Shown piece after piece: positions 52,401 through 62,286 of a stretch of 64,000 bases of DNA (position 1 is its first letter; every line of letters begins with the position of its first letter). This DNA comes from Nitrososphaeraceae archaeon. GTDB lineage: Archaea; Thermoproteota; Nitrososphaeria; Nitrososphaerales; Nitrososphaeraceae. The stretch covers positions 3,056 to 67,055 of the forward strand of contig DATFEX010000054.1 of assembly GCA_035250685.1 (NCBI GenBank), in the 5' to 3' direction. The position numbers and the translations under genes were made by a program. Under the pieces are notes generated by a model, which made no database searches, was not told where the DNA came from, and saw only the letters and a list, made by a program, of their open reading frames with translations.

Positions 52401-54045
52401 AAATACGTGCAAAAAATTTATTCCAGTTCTGCCTGAGAAGGTACAAAGCAAGCGTTCCTATTATAAAGATCGCACTTATCTCAATAACTGATAGTCCAAG
52501 TATACTATTTGATGTAAAATAGTTTACAGGAAGTAAACTGTCTATACTATATACTAATGCCAAAGCAATAAGAAGGGCAAAATAAACAATTGTTTTTTTT
52601 CTCATGTTGTAGGCAAGCACCAAAAGAGATGAAGCTACAACAAAAATGTAAAATTCATCATGAAACAGAATTCCTACAATAGCGATCAGAGAAAGTATTA
52701 ATAAATGTCTGACTTTACTAGGAAGTTCAATCTTGATTAAGGATAGCAAAATAAAACCCGCAGGCAGGGACACAAGTGTAAGACTAGTGTTAAAGTCCGG
52801 AAATGCTGCAATCATGAAATTTGCAGATAGCCTTATGTCACTCTCTCTTATTTTTTCTTGAACAAAATATGATATGGCGTTGGCCTGCGAGTCAATTGAT
52901 TCTAACTCCGTAAGATAAAGCACATACATCCAGCCAAATCCAGCAGCTAGTACAAAAAGAGAGGACGCAAATAGGGAAGCCATTTTCAAGTTGGAAGGAA
53001 GCCATGTTCGACAGAAATAATAAAACGCAAATACTGCTGTCATATTTAGTAACGCTATAGAGACATACGCATTTACCAATGGAACTCCAGAAATAGAAGT
53101 TAAACCTGCAAGTAAGGATGAGAGTAACGGTGTATAATTTTGATCTCCATTGGTCGTTATGGATTCTTTGAAATTTCCATGCATGAAGAGTAAGGCTCTA
53201 TTCTGATGGTACCACTGATCGCCTATTGTTACTCCGTCATAGAGATAATAAGTTGATGTAATCATTAAGGCTGAAAGACTTGCAAATACGATAAGTACGG
53301 GCAAATTCCGTTTTAGATCCGACAATAAATTAGTACCTATTACAGTAATCATATGATGAGGTATACTGCGAAGGTTAAAATCAGTCGCAAAAGTAATTTT
53401 GTGGATTTGATGGTAAGCTGCGTATACTATCAGTATGACAAGATATATCGCAAGAAGAATAAACTTATCTTCATATATGTTACTATCGAAAAGTATTGAT
53501 GAGAAGTAAACTGTCAAGCCTGTAATCAACATACTGATAAGATATCCTAACAAAATTTTCAAGAGTCCATTCGTTCTATAATTTTTAGTCACAACAGATA
53601 TTGCGGCATAGCCGGGGAAGATAAAACAAAGTAAAATGCCAACAGAAGCTGCCAGCAAATCGGATAGATTGACATAATTCCAACTTGTGAATACGACATC
53701 TAATCGCGGTATTGAAAAAAATGCACACACAGCGAGCAAAACCGAATATATAAACGAAAATGTGGTTTTTGAGATCCAATTTTGAATAATTCTTTGACTA
53801 TCTGATGAAGAATCCTTCACAGTAGTATCAAAATTGTCACTGTAGTGATAGACACGAGTATCTTCCCGTTGCAATGAATAATATCTTGTCAACCAGAAAC
53901 AGAGTATTGCCATAGAAATGCAAATTGGTAAAACAAATTTCATTTCTACTAGCAAGTATGAAAGTATAAAATAGACGCTAATTCCAGCTAACAGAGGAGC
54001 AGAGATTAGAGAAAAGATAATCTTTGTATCTACTGCTAGATTCAA
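49402..54045 (-). CDS. 1547-aa polytopic membrane protein, GT-C-like N-terminal half plus large extracellular domain and C-terminal TM
   Basis: Many TM segments in the first ~720 aa with GDQWYH loop motif; N-x-S/T-rich soluble region; final hydrophobic helix followed by HRR. Confidence 0.7.
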   Translation of the reverse strand: MNLAVDTKIIFSLISAPLLAGISVYFILSYLLVEMKFVLPICISMAILCFWLTRYYSLQREDTRVYHYSDNFDTTVKDSSSDSQRIIQNWISKTTFSFIYSVLLAVCAFFSIPRLDVVFTSWNYVNLSDLLAASVGILLCFIFPGYAAISVVTKNYRTNGLLKILLGYLISMLITGLTVYFSSILFDSNIYEDKFILLAIYLVILIVYAAYHQIHKITFATDFNLRSIPHHMITVIGTNLLSDLKRNLPVLIVFASLSALMITSTYYLYDGVTIGDQWYHQNRALLFMHGNFKESITTNGDQNYTPLLSSLLAGLTSISGVPLVNAYVSIALLNMTAVFAFYYFCRTWLPSNLKMASLFASSLFVLAAGFGWMYVLYLTELESIDSQANAISYFVQEKIRESDIRLSANFMIAAFPDFNTSLTLVSLPAGFILLSLIKIELPSKVRHLLILSLIAIVGILFHDEFYIFVVASSLLVLAYNMRKKTIVYFALLIALALVYSIDSLLPVNYFTSNSILGLSVIEISAIFIIGTLALYLLRQNWNKFFARISIRKLQPNTKLTKIISKDGYIPKILFVSSIVYLFALCFLVWIQLPANYIDVHTQGYNTPWYLYPMRMGIVGLFGTAFVLSYLFKRYEREVFIFGIIAIIALFAGPYYNEHRFSKYVMVGMIGFASLMIFKLIDFVRNKKLILNGVIISAIVIAASISTLMYIGYNALVIQSQDYSHALGRRNFPSPNEMALLDSMRSEIQGGSNNYNVATFPNEYNFREGDLISKLHAFSGLPLRKSIQTQYILNSSNLDSFYRLIELSNTGYMMIPTNSTDQFTLSYPVRFAITNFEQILKNDSYVVLKVPSLNGPSTNSEHKLGILNEIDNSLSPIIESKKKLEVNNQTFNYEKDTAEFIQIQKSNQAEKVILNGLKKNGGKTIWSNNFNEQGINYIELNLRTIDETKIGKGISGLKWKDGNRTFFVSLSDKGIQLREEIGKGKRDLVLGQNSQVRNNLGMWQVLNVLTHNNSISVYVDSILRINVPRDLQENDPQVTSVGINSENSVVQFEYLGIGKIKQENYNVKDYSYYYTLTSLAMSEMEYSSYLENDYSIFSNEAVILPNNMNDLSDEMFNNLLNYARSGGKLFIINPSDKFEGKFDKLFLSEPMVNETRQFKRITSDDKNGFVLDVTGKIKDSRVKPSSDIKVIASYKNNDNEAIAPFVIEKNVSDNGRITYINAFGYFNAIYANPKHNFPSLVDFSDIFEIGHVKDKPRGNESGSEPIRRFIGDLTVVGKITLNSSSVYFDKSSLDSSVSSIKNISVSDKHGNLKIQHENLSLLDIKTFGQYEHLINTTGKITLPSINSKGNYLGVSLPNEFNMTIKLLGTDSHLTILTNNSNLTNNIIQIGNESKIDLYSISPKSNISRNILMLLKNPELKVNGNALFDKTNFYGQEIDDYIPLNVNGKVDVKFDFVEDYKDTFREGTKTGYLTYIDSLNIEGQRNQTKLQLELPGHISDDIDRRGMGVPISSILTNVVNLAIIIVISMATIVAILFHRRMNLNYNESH

Positions 54046-54280
54046 TTAAAGTTAACTTTTACCACTTGGTTATATAAATTGACTTTTATTGCCTTCAAAG
54101 TAAAAATATCCTAATATCAATTAGATTTGGCTGGCCAAAACATTTGCATAAACAAGATAACAAAGTATTGATCATTAATTGACTGTAATATCACCGGTAC
54201 CTAATGCACCGGTACTAGACTCACCTTCATGATTCGATGCAGAATGCCTCTCATATTATTGAAAATTTTGTTACACCATA

Positions 54281-55867
54281 ATGTATAGATTATTAAGTCT
54301 GTACTTAAATTTATTCATGATTCTGATGCCAATTAAAAAAGATATATCCTCATTTGGATTTCTATCCTTAACGTTATTGATTTGTGGGGTATCTGTGGTC
54401 ACTGGTATGCTATTTACTATAACAGGAATTTGGAATGACAACACTTTTGTCACTGCTGCCTCAACTACCGAGAAAGATATGTTACCTGATATACTGGACG
54501 AAGGAATAGAAGCAACAGTAGTCGTAGAGGGATTAGAGCGTCCTACAAGTATGGCCTTCTTGGGTCCAAATGATTTTATAGTTCTAGAGAAAAAATCTGG
54601 TATAGTGAAGAGGATCGTTAATGGAAATATCTTGGAACCACCATTGCTGGATGTAAAAGTTGCCAACGAAAAGGAAAGAGGTTTACTAGGTGTTGCTATA
54701 TCAAAAATGGTTACTCAAACTGTGGGTAATTCCCAGAGTGACAACAAAGAGCCTTCGAACCCTCACTCCACTCGTGTTTTTTTGTACTACACAGAGTCGT
54801 CCGGAGAAGACGGAATTGACGATTGTCCTACGATAAATTATTGCGCAGAGGGTACAGAACCGAAAGGCAACAGATTATACAGATATGATCTGGAACAAGA
54901 CAGGTTAGTGAATCCAAAACTATTGTTGGATTTACCCGCAAATCCTGGAGCAGATCATTTAGGAGGTTCTTTAATTATAGGACCTGATAGCAATCTTTAT
55001 CTTACCACAGGTGATGGTCATAGCTGCAGCTACAATAGCTGCGACGAGGGGTTCGAGGAAACTGTTCTGAATTCTCAATCCGCAAATGTAGATGATGGAC
55101 ATGTTCCCGACGGAAGAGGAGGAATATTGAGAGTTACCCAAGACGGTGAACAAGTAACAGAAGGTAATAAGCGATGGGTCCTTGGTGATGTTGGTATTCT
55201 AGACAAATACTATGCCTACGGGATACGCAACAGCTACGGAATAGATTTTGATTACCTGAGCGGAAAATTGTGGGATACAGAAAATGGTCCTTCATTTGGT
55301 GATGAAATAAATCTGGTAGAACCTGGGTTCAACAGTGGATGGCTAAAAATCCAAGGAATATGGCCAATCTACAATCACACTCTACTATATCCACAAGGAC
55401 TTACTCCTCCTTATAGGGGTTACTTTGAAAGTGGCGATAGCAAGTTTATTAATAGCAGTAAAGTTGATCTGGAAGATTTAGTGGATTTTCAAGGTCGAGG
55501 AAAATACAGCGATCCTGAATTCATATGGAATATGACCGTAGGCCTTACCGCACTTAAATTTTTTGATTCTGATAAATTAGGAGAAGAATACAAAGATGAT
55601 TTATTCGTCGCAGACTCTAATCATGGTAATTTATATCATTTCGACCTGAGTGTCGATAGAACCACACTGGAATTTGGTAACAGAATAACCGATAGGATAG
55701 TGCATTCCTTAGATAAGGAGGAACTCGGCTCCATTCTCTTTGGCCACGGATTTGATTCAATAACCGACCTAGAGGTTGGACCTGATGGGTACCTATACGT
55801 GGTATCACATAAACAGGGAAAAATATTCAAGATAGTTCCTGATGATGTTAAAGAAAGTCCAACATAG
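54281..55867 (+). CDS. PQQ-dependent sugar dehydrogenase (GSDH family)
   Basis: KERGLLG, DHLGG, YYAYGIRNSYG, WDTENGP, ITDLEVGPDGYLY. Confidence 0.9.
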   Translation: MYRLLSLYLNLFMILMPIKKDISSFGFLSLTLLICGVSVVTGMLFTITGIWNDNTFVTAASTTEKDMLPDILDEGIEATVVVEGLERPTSMAFLGPNDFIVLEKKSGIVKRIVNGNILEPPLLDVKVANEKERGLLGVAISKMVTQTVGNSQSDNKEPSNPHSTRVFLYYTESSGEDGIDDCPTINYCAEGTEPKGNRLYRYDLEQDRLVNPKLLLDLPANPGADHLGGSLIIGPDSNLYLTTGDGHSCSYNSCDEGFEETVLNSQSANVDDGHVPDGRGGILRVTQDGEQVTEGNKRWVLGDVGILDKYYAYGIRNSYGIDFDYLSGKLWDTENGPSFGDEINLVEPGFNSGWLKIQGIWPIYNHTLLYPQGLTPPYRGYFESGDSKFINSSKVDLEDLVDFQGRGKYSDPEFIWNMTVGLTALKFFDSDKLGEEYKDDLFVADSNHGNLYHFDLSVDRTTLEFGNRITDRIVHSLDKEELGSILFGHGFDSITDLEVGPDGYLYVVSHKQGKIFKIVPDDVKESPT

Positions 55868-56146
55868 ATACAACAATTAGGGACAGAAAATATCGGCCGC
55901 ATTGAAAATTAATGTTTTTACCAACTTATAGTTCTACCATACTTGAGACTTTTATGGGGTAACAAATAATTTCAAAGATCTTTTAGGTCGGAAAGGATGT
56001 GCATCGATGAACCTAAAGCGAGATATGATTCTAAAATATTGAGAGTTCATATTTCATTTTACGATCACATCCAATCCAACTAAGATTCTATCGTGGTCAA
56101 GTTTACTTTACTCACTTAATTTACTCTATTACTATCCGCAAGCTTG

Positions 56147-57145
56147 TCAGTGGGGAACATGAAATATTTCGACTTCTCCACCAATTTCATACCATGTTTT
56201 GCCTCCCACGACATATATTTTATCATCATTAGCAACTGCCTTTAGTCCGAGACGGGGCGTTGGTAATGGATCTTCAATCGTCCAAGTATTTTTTATAGTA
56301 TCATACTTTTCATTATTTTCAAATGTCCCTTTTACTTTTTCTCCCCCAAAAACATAAATATCATTTCCAATCGAGGCAGAGGCTAGCCCACTTCTTTTAC
56401 TAGGCATCGGTTCTAGCTTGGTCCATGAATCCTTTACTGGGTCGTACATTTCATTAACATCAAAATTTGATAGCGCCTTAGCAATAGGTTCTGGAATTCC
56501 ATCTCCATATATTCGGCCTCCAATAGCATAGAGCTTTCCATTGACTACTGAGGATGTCAGGTGGTGCCTCGCAGTAGGCATTGGGGCTTTTTCTGTCCAA
56601 GTGTCTGTGAGGGGATCATAGACGTAATTCGTCCCAACGACATTGTGAACATCATCGACGCCTCCTACTGCATATAACTTACCATCGATAAAATTTGCAG
56701 TTAGAGCTGTCCGAGCGCCCGGCATAGGTTTGCCTTCTGTCCACTTATTCTTTAAGGGGTCGTAAATCAACAGTTTATTAGAATAGCCATACTTGTGAGT
56801 GCCACCCACAACATAAATTTTCCCGTCGTAACTCGCCATTCCCAGGTGGTCAAGTGGCTCTGGCAGGGGAGGTCCTTGGGCCCATTTATCGGATTTTATA
56901 TCATACACCTCCATGATTTTATCTTTTTTTATCTTCGCCCCTTGTCCTCCAACAACGTAGATCTTGTCATCCAATAGAGCAGCAGACATAGCAGATCTTG
57001 GTGTCGGCATCTTACTTCCGTTTGTCCAGTAAATCTCTGACTGGGGTGCTTGAGAGGAAACAGCTGAAATAGAAGTCGCTAACAGCGCGCAGGCAAATGC
57101 AACGAGAATTATGACAATAAACAAGGAATGCTTTACCAGAGTCAA
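56147..57145 (-). CDS. Secreted Kelch-repeat beta-propeller
   Basis: Repeated KIYVVGG...YDP...W....PMP..R units. Confidence 0.92.
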   Translation of the reverse strand: MTLVKHSLFIVIILVAFACALLATSISAVSSQAPQSEIYWTNGSKMPTPRSAMSAALLDDKIYVVGGQGAKIKKDKIMEVYDIKSDKWAQGPPLPEPLDHLGMASYDGKIYVVGGTHKYGYSNKLLIYDPLKNKWTEGKPMPGARTALTANFIDGKLYAVGGVDDVHNVVGTNYVYDPLTDTWTEKAPMPTARHHLTSSVVNGKLYAIGGRIYGDGIPEPIAKALSNFDVNEMYDPVKDSWTKLEPMPSKRSGLASASIGNDIYVFGGEKVKGTFENNEKYDTIKNTWTIEDPLPTPRLGLKAVANDDKIYVVGGKTWYEIGGEVEIFHVPH

Positions 57146-57212
57146 TTGTTCGGATCAAAGAATGCAGGACGCTTATATGTATATTTCAGAGACTGTATTT
57201 CAAATTTCATTT

Positions 57213-59213
57213 CTATGCATCAGTTAGGGCATATTGAAACAGTAGGCTATCAAAGAATCTCAGGAACCGCTCATTTTCAAATAACTTGTTGACAGTCCAA
57301 ATGCCAAGTGTTAGGACCGTTCCTTTCTTATATTCCAGTGCATATGTTGCAATAATGAATTCTTCATCTGATTTAGCTGCCGTGGCATTATAATCAAGCA
57401 AAATTTTTGCTTTGGGATTTGTAACGTGGTGTTCTTCGTTGTGTGTTATTCCGAATGGATCGTTATGAAATACGAACTCCCAAGCAAAGCAGCACTTGTA
57501 GTTCCCGCCTGTCCATTCAGAAGTCTCGTCCATCCACCTTTCTTTGACACTCCTCCATGCCGATTGACCATTAAAAGCAAAATTATGACCTTTTACGAAC
57601 TTGATTGTGTTGTTCTTTTCATTATATTCTACTTCACCATAAAAAACGTTTCCAGTAAGTAGGAAAAGTATTCCTCCATTGGACACAAAATTTTTTAGAT
57701 TATCATATTCCTGCTGACTCACATACTCTTGATGTTGAAGCATTATCACATCATACAAGTTTTCTCCATTTGGACTGATTATAGAAGAACGGTTATGAAC
57801 ATCTTGATCGCCCAACACATCTATGGATGATTTTGGGACTAACCATTTCAAGTGGTTTACAATCTGATACGTTCCGGACCAATTTCCAGTGTTGTCGGGA
57901 ACTCTGCTAGATAGTAGACTAGTATAGTTCGTAAAATTAATTGTATCTTTTCCAATAATCTCTTCATCGTAAATCTCATAAAACATGTAAAACGACTTGT
58001 CGTATGCCGCCTGGGTAAACGTTGGCTCTACAATTGCAACATTTATAGATTTCTCCGAAAGGTTTTGGTTATTCCTAATACCATCTGAATTTATCGATTT
58101 GCCTGTGAAATTTGAGGAAATACAATTCTTAACCTGTGCATCGTTTCTGAGAATTATCTCTTCGTTCCCGGTAGCATTATTAGTCCACACAACATGAACA
58201 CCACCTTCCTCTGAAACAGCGATCTGCGGATCAACTGCCCACCCTGAATAATTGCTTAAATTGACAATGTCTCCAAAACTCTCCCCGTTATCCGTACTCC
58301 TGGTAAAGAGAACATCACTAATAAATGCACTAACCCTAGCATGTTGAACAACCCTCCCGCTCTGCCATAGTAGATAGACATTATTGTCCCCGGCGCCTGC
58401 AACTAATTTTGGAGTAAGCACAGTAGTATTTACGTGACTTTCCTGTCCTTTATAGACTAAAAATGGCTTAGCAAAACTCTCCCCGTTATCCGTACTCCTG
58501 GTGAAAAATATCTGTCCATATTTTTCCTGAGCGTTATCAGTCCATGCAACATAGACATTATTTGCGGTTGCGGCAACCTGCGGAAACCCGTTGAAACCCG
58601 TATTATTACCCAGATTTTTCACTTTCTCAAAACTTGCTCCATTATCAGTACTCCTCAAAAAAACAATGCCATCAGTAGCGTCATGCCATGTAGCAAACAC
58701 ATTGTTTCCTGATGAAGCTAGTTGCGGAAACCCGTTGAAACCCGTATTATTACCCAGATTTTTCACTTTCTCAAAACTTGCTCCATTATCCGAACTTCTA
58801 GTCCAGTATATCATACCATTATTCTCAGGTGTATACTCCCATATTACATTGACATAGTTACCAGAAACAACCATTTTTGGATCCAAAGATCCCCCCTTTC
58901 CAACACCCAAATCCATTGTAGGGCCGAACGTACAACCGTTATCTGAACTTTTTTTGAAATAAATATTGCGACTGCCCGAACTGTCATCAATCCAGAGCAT
59001 GTAAATGTTACTACCATTTTTTATGATTTGTGGTTCTTCAGAATGTCCTGTATTGTTACTAATGTAGAATATTTTATCGTTATAGCCGGCAGTACTTTTA
59101 GTGTTGTTAAGAGTAACAATTTCTTCAGAATGTGCCTTACTGCTGAAACCTACAGCGAAAAGCATTAGGACAACTATAAACTGAATTACGAGAGAGAAGG
59201 CGACATATGCCAA
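57213..59213 (-). CDS. Secreted BNR/Asp-box (sialidase-like) repeat protein with C-terminal N,N-dimethylformamidase-beta-like domain
   Basis: Five S.DNG.SF-type Asp boxes; C-terminal EPTFTQAAY...HQEYVSQQEYDNL...GNVFYGEV. Confidence 0.7.
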   Translation of the reverse strand: MAYVAFSLVIQFIVVLMLFAVGFSSKAHSEEIVTLNNTKSTAGYNDKIFYISNNTGHSEEPQIIKNGSNIYMLWIDDSSGSRNIYFKKSSDNGCTFGPTMDLGVGKGGSLDPKMVVSGNYVNVIWEYTPENNGMIYWTRSSDNGASFEKVKNLGNNTGFNGFPQLASSGNNVFATWHDATDGIVFLRSTDNGASFEKVKNLGNNTGFNGFPQVAATANNVYVAWTDNAQEKYGQIFFTRSTDNGESFAKPFLVYKGQESHVNTTVLTPKLVAGAGDNNVYLLWQSGRVVQHARVSAFISDVLFTRSTDNGESFGDIVNLSNYSGWAVDPQIAVSEEGGVHVVWTNNATGNEEIILRNDAQVKNCISSNFTGKSINSDGIRNNQNLSEKSINVAIVEPTFTQAAYDKSFYMFYEIYDEEIIGKDTINFTNYTSLLSSRVPDNTGNWSGTYQIVNHLKWLVPKSSIDVLGDQDVHNRSSIISPNGENLYDVIMLQHQEYVSQQEYDNLKNFVSNGGILFLLTGNVFYGEVEYNEKNNTIKFVKGHNFAFNGQSAWRSVKERWMDETSEWTGGNYKCCFAWEFVFHNDPFGITHNEEHHVTNPKAKILLDYNATAAKSDEEFIIATYALEYKKGTVLTLGIWTVNKLFENERFLRFFDSLLFQYALTDA
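58579..58790. repeat. Perfect 68-bp intragenic direct repeat (58579-58646 and 58723-58790)
   Basis: Identical tgcggaaacccgttgaaacccg...gctccattatc, offset 144 nt (48 codons). Confidence 0.92.
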
Positions 59214-59356
59214 AATTTACCATATTGAAATGATTATCCATTATATGAATGATCGATAAAATTCGTCTATCTCGTTCCACAGCAAGGATTTACTATTCGA
59301 TAGATTGTATCTCATCGTTTATGATATAGATTTCCGGAGGACGACTTCCGCTATTG

Positions 59357-60508
59357 TTATCTACTCTTCGATCGAGTCCACCGAACATCGGTATTTCCTG
59401 TTAGCAGCCAAATAAGGGCTATTGTTGTAAAAAGTTGAGTGTAAAAAAAAGTCAGTATCACCTTTCTAAGAATAAAACCTGTGACTATTGATAGACATCC
59501 TAGTAATATAGCTCCATTTATCCCTGCATATTCTATAAACTCGAATGAAGATGGAATGGCCAGTCCTATCAGCACAAATGACAAGGTTGGAGATATAAGA
59601 TAGACAAAAAATCTATACGGGAATATTAGCATACCAAAATAACCGTATTTACGGTTAAAAAACAACCCCTTGAATCGCAATGTTTCTATTAATCCGCCCA
59701 GAGCTCTTCTTGATTTGATATTGACATAATCAGAAAATTGTGTAGGTGATCTTTCGGTAAAGTATGCCTTTTCATTTACTACGCTTCTGTACCCCTTGGA
59801 AATTACTTGTAAGGCAATATTTGAATCGTCCGCCAAGGTATCTTCATTTATTTTAGTTACAATCTTGTTTCTGAAAGCGCATGCCTCACCGGATAGCCAA
59901 GAAGTAGAATGAACTCTACTTTCTAATATCCTGATTTGATCTTTCTGCAACCAAAATTTGTGCTCAGAAGAAGATACATGACTATCCTCAATGTTGGGCA
60001 CACGATACAAAGCCGAAACAGCCCCAATTGAAGTATCCTTAAACGAATTCACCATCTCTAAAATAGTGTCCCCATCATAGAGCGCAGTTCCATCAGTAAG
60101 TATGACAATTTCTCCCTTGCATATCTCTAATCCTAAATTGATGGCGTGCGCCTTGCCTTTTCTTTCTTCCTCAGTAATTAGAGTTACCATATTTTGGAAA
60201 TTTGATTTGATTTCTGACCGGGTCTTGTCGACAGATCCAGAGTCTATGACAACCACTTGTAGTTTATTTTTCGGATATGTGCTATCAAATATGTTAGTAA
60301 TCCTTCGTACTATTACAGATTCTTCGTTATAGACGGGAATGAGAATTGAAACGATCGGTAGATCGTAATGTGAATTGGTGTTGGTCGCCTTTTTCGTCCG
60401 TGACAAGTTATTCTGTATCTGGGCAGTTCTTTTTAACAGAGGAAGATAGAGAAAGTGGATTCCGAAAACTATCAAAAAAATAGAGGCCAATAATGCGAAG
60501 GCAATCAT
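59357..60508 (-). CDS. GT2 glycosyltransferase with N- and C-terminal TM segments (CesA/PgaC-like)
   Basis: IPVYNEE, DSGSVD, GKAHAIN, LADD acceptor motif, KSRRALGG in the QxxRW position. Confidence 0.88.
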   Translation of the reverse strand: MIAFALLASIFLIVFGIHFLYLPLLKRTAQIQNNLSRTKKATNTNSHYDLPIVSILIPVYNEESVIVRRITNIFDSTYPKNKLQVVVIDSGSVDKTRSEIKSNFQNMVTLITEEERKGKAHAINLGLEICKGEIVILTDGTALYDGDTILEMVNSFKDTSIGAVSALYRVPNIEDSHVSSSEHKFWLQKDQIRILESRVHSTSWLSGEACAFRNKIVTKINEDTLADDSNIALQVISKGYRSVVNEKAYFTERSPTQFSDYVNIKSRRALGGLIETLRFKGLFFNRKYGYFGMLIFPYRFFVYLISPTLSFVLIGLAIPSSFEFIEYAGINGAILLGCLSIVTGFILRKVILTFFYTQLFTTIALIWLLTGNTDVRWTRSKSR

Positions 60509-60737
60509 CTGGACAGAGAAATACTCTCGCAGATAACAATTTAAATATTTATAAACGAGATACCATTCATCAGTTCGTAAATTGGATAACTAATGAACCA
60601 CATAGTCTTACAGTATCTGTAGCAATATTATCTACAATTTCCCCCAAGATGACTAGCAGTTAAAACTCAAAGTCAAATCATATAAATCTCAAATTTATAA
60701 AATTATATAGATCTGCGCCTGTGAAAAATTACCTCCA

Positions 60738-61943
60738 ATGGAATTAAAACACGAGCAAAACTCGAGTGGGTCCAAGCCTGTGAAAATTATAGTTTGCATA
60801 CCTGCATATAATGAGGAAAAAAACATAGGCAATGTAGTGCGTAAGGCACGAAATCATGCAGATGAAGTCATCGTTTGTAATGATGGTTCTACTGATAACA
60901 CTGCCAAAATTGCACAAGATCAAGGAGCATCAGTAATCAATCATCCTAAAAACTACGGATATGGAAAATCTATTCGTACCCTTTTTGAAAAAGCACTTGA
61001 AAGAAAGGCCGATATTATAGTAACCATTGACTCAGATGGACAGCATGACCCTGCGCAGATTCCGGACATCATCGAACCTATACTCAAAAATGGATTCGAC
61101 ATCGTCATAGGTTCCAGATTCATAGGAAACAAGCCTGCAGTTAGAATTCCATTTTACCGTACTCTGGGAATTAAGACCATAACAAAGTTCACAAAACATG
61201 CTTCATATAAGAATCTGACGGACGCACAAAGCGGTTTTAGAGGGTATAGCAGACATGCCCTACAAATGATGAACCTCCTGGAAGATGGCATGCAGATATC
61301 TACAGAGATACTGTTAAGAGCCGGTTCTAATAGATTATCGATAACTGAAGTTCCAGTAACGATAAGTTATGATGTCGAAAACTCTTCAACTCATAATTTT
61401 TTATCACATGGCATCAGGGTACTATTTAGTGTAATTCAATTCATTTCCTTACGACATCCTTTACTTTTTTACGGAGTGCCTGGTGTTACCTTAATTGCCG
61501 TATCCGGATATTTCGCCTACAACGCCTTGGAATTGTTCTCTCAAACGAGATTTATTTCTATAAATATGATATTGTTATCAATAACAGCTACAATTATCGG
61601 AATTATTTTGCTTACTACTGGGAGTATATTGTTCACTATTTCCTTGATGTTGACAAAAGGGACGAGGGTCACTTTGGCATCTCGGATAATAGAGTTCGTT
61701 TCATTGCGCCATCCACTAGTATTTTATGGACTGCCTGGAATCACTTTTCTGGCTGTATCTGGATATTTTGCGTACAATGCGTTAGAGTACTTTGCTTCCT
61801 ATAGATATGTAACTGTACTGCTTACGAACAGATTATTTGTTATGGTCGCTGCCGCAATTATTGGCATAGTTCTGCTAACAACTGGAAGCTTATTCTATTC
61901 TATCGCTGCAATGTTGAAAGGCAAAATAAGATTCGACCTATAA
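60738..61943 (+). CDS. GT2 glycosyltransferase (Dol-P-sugar synthase/GtrB-like) with duplicated C-terminal TM module
   Basis: IPAYNEE, NDGSTD, IDSDGQHDP, GSRF, DAQSGFR; SLRHPL.FYG.PG....VSGYFAYNALE occurs twice, 85 aa apart. Confidence 0.9.
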   Translation: MELKHEQNSSGSKPVKIIVCIPAYNEEKNIGNVVRKARNHADEVIVCNDGSTDNTAKIAQDQGASVINHPKNYGYGKSIRTLFEKALERKADIIVTIDSDGQHDPAQIPDIIEPILKNGFDIVIGSRFIGNKPAVRIPFYRTLGIKTITKFTKHASYKNLTDAQSGFRGYSRHALQMMNLLEDGMQISTEILLRAGSNRLSITEVPVTISYDVENSSTHNFLSHGIRVLFSVIQFISLRHPLLFYGVPGVTLIAVSGYFAYNALELFSQTRFISINMILLSITATIIGIILLTTGSILFTISLMLTKGTRVTLASRIIEFVSLRHPLVFYGLPGITFLAVSGYFAYNALEYFASYRYVTVLLTNRLFVMVAAAIIGIVLLTTGSLFYSIAAMLKGKIRFDL

Positions 61944-62254
61944 AAATTAACTGCAAATACAAACGACATTTATTAACAACCATAACTTGATACCGACAGC
62001 AAAGTATTCTTATTGATAGTTTTATGAAGGCAAATTGAAATTACCAAATAATAGTATTGATGAGAAGTCTCTATTATGCAAGCCCATCAGGATGGCAGCG
62101 TTCTGCTGTTGTTACATAATATTCTTCTATAAAATTATTATCATATTTCGATCCTGTGATTTTCAAATTAGACGTACGGTAATCAAATGAGTGTCTCGTT
62201 CGTCATGATGAAACAATATATTGTAACGCTTTGAGGGAAGAATGTAGAGTTAAG

Positions 62255-62265
62255 TTTAAATAAAT
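62255..62265 (+). promoter_or_regulatory. Archaeal TATA box of peptide gene copy 1
   Basis: TTTAAATAAAT starts 32 nt before the ATG at 62287. Confidence 0.65.
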
Positions 62266-62286
62266 CAGGAGTTAATCACGGTTGAT

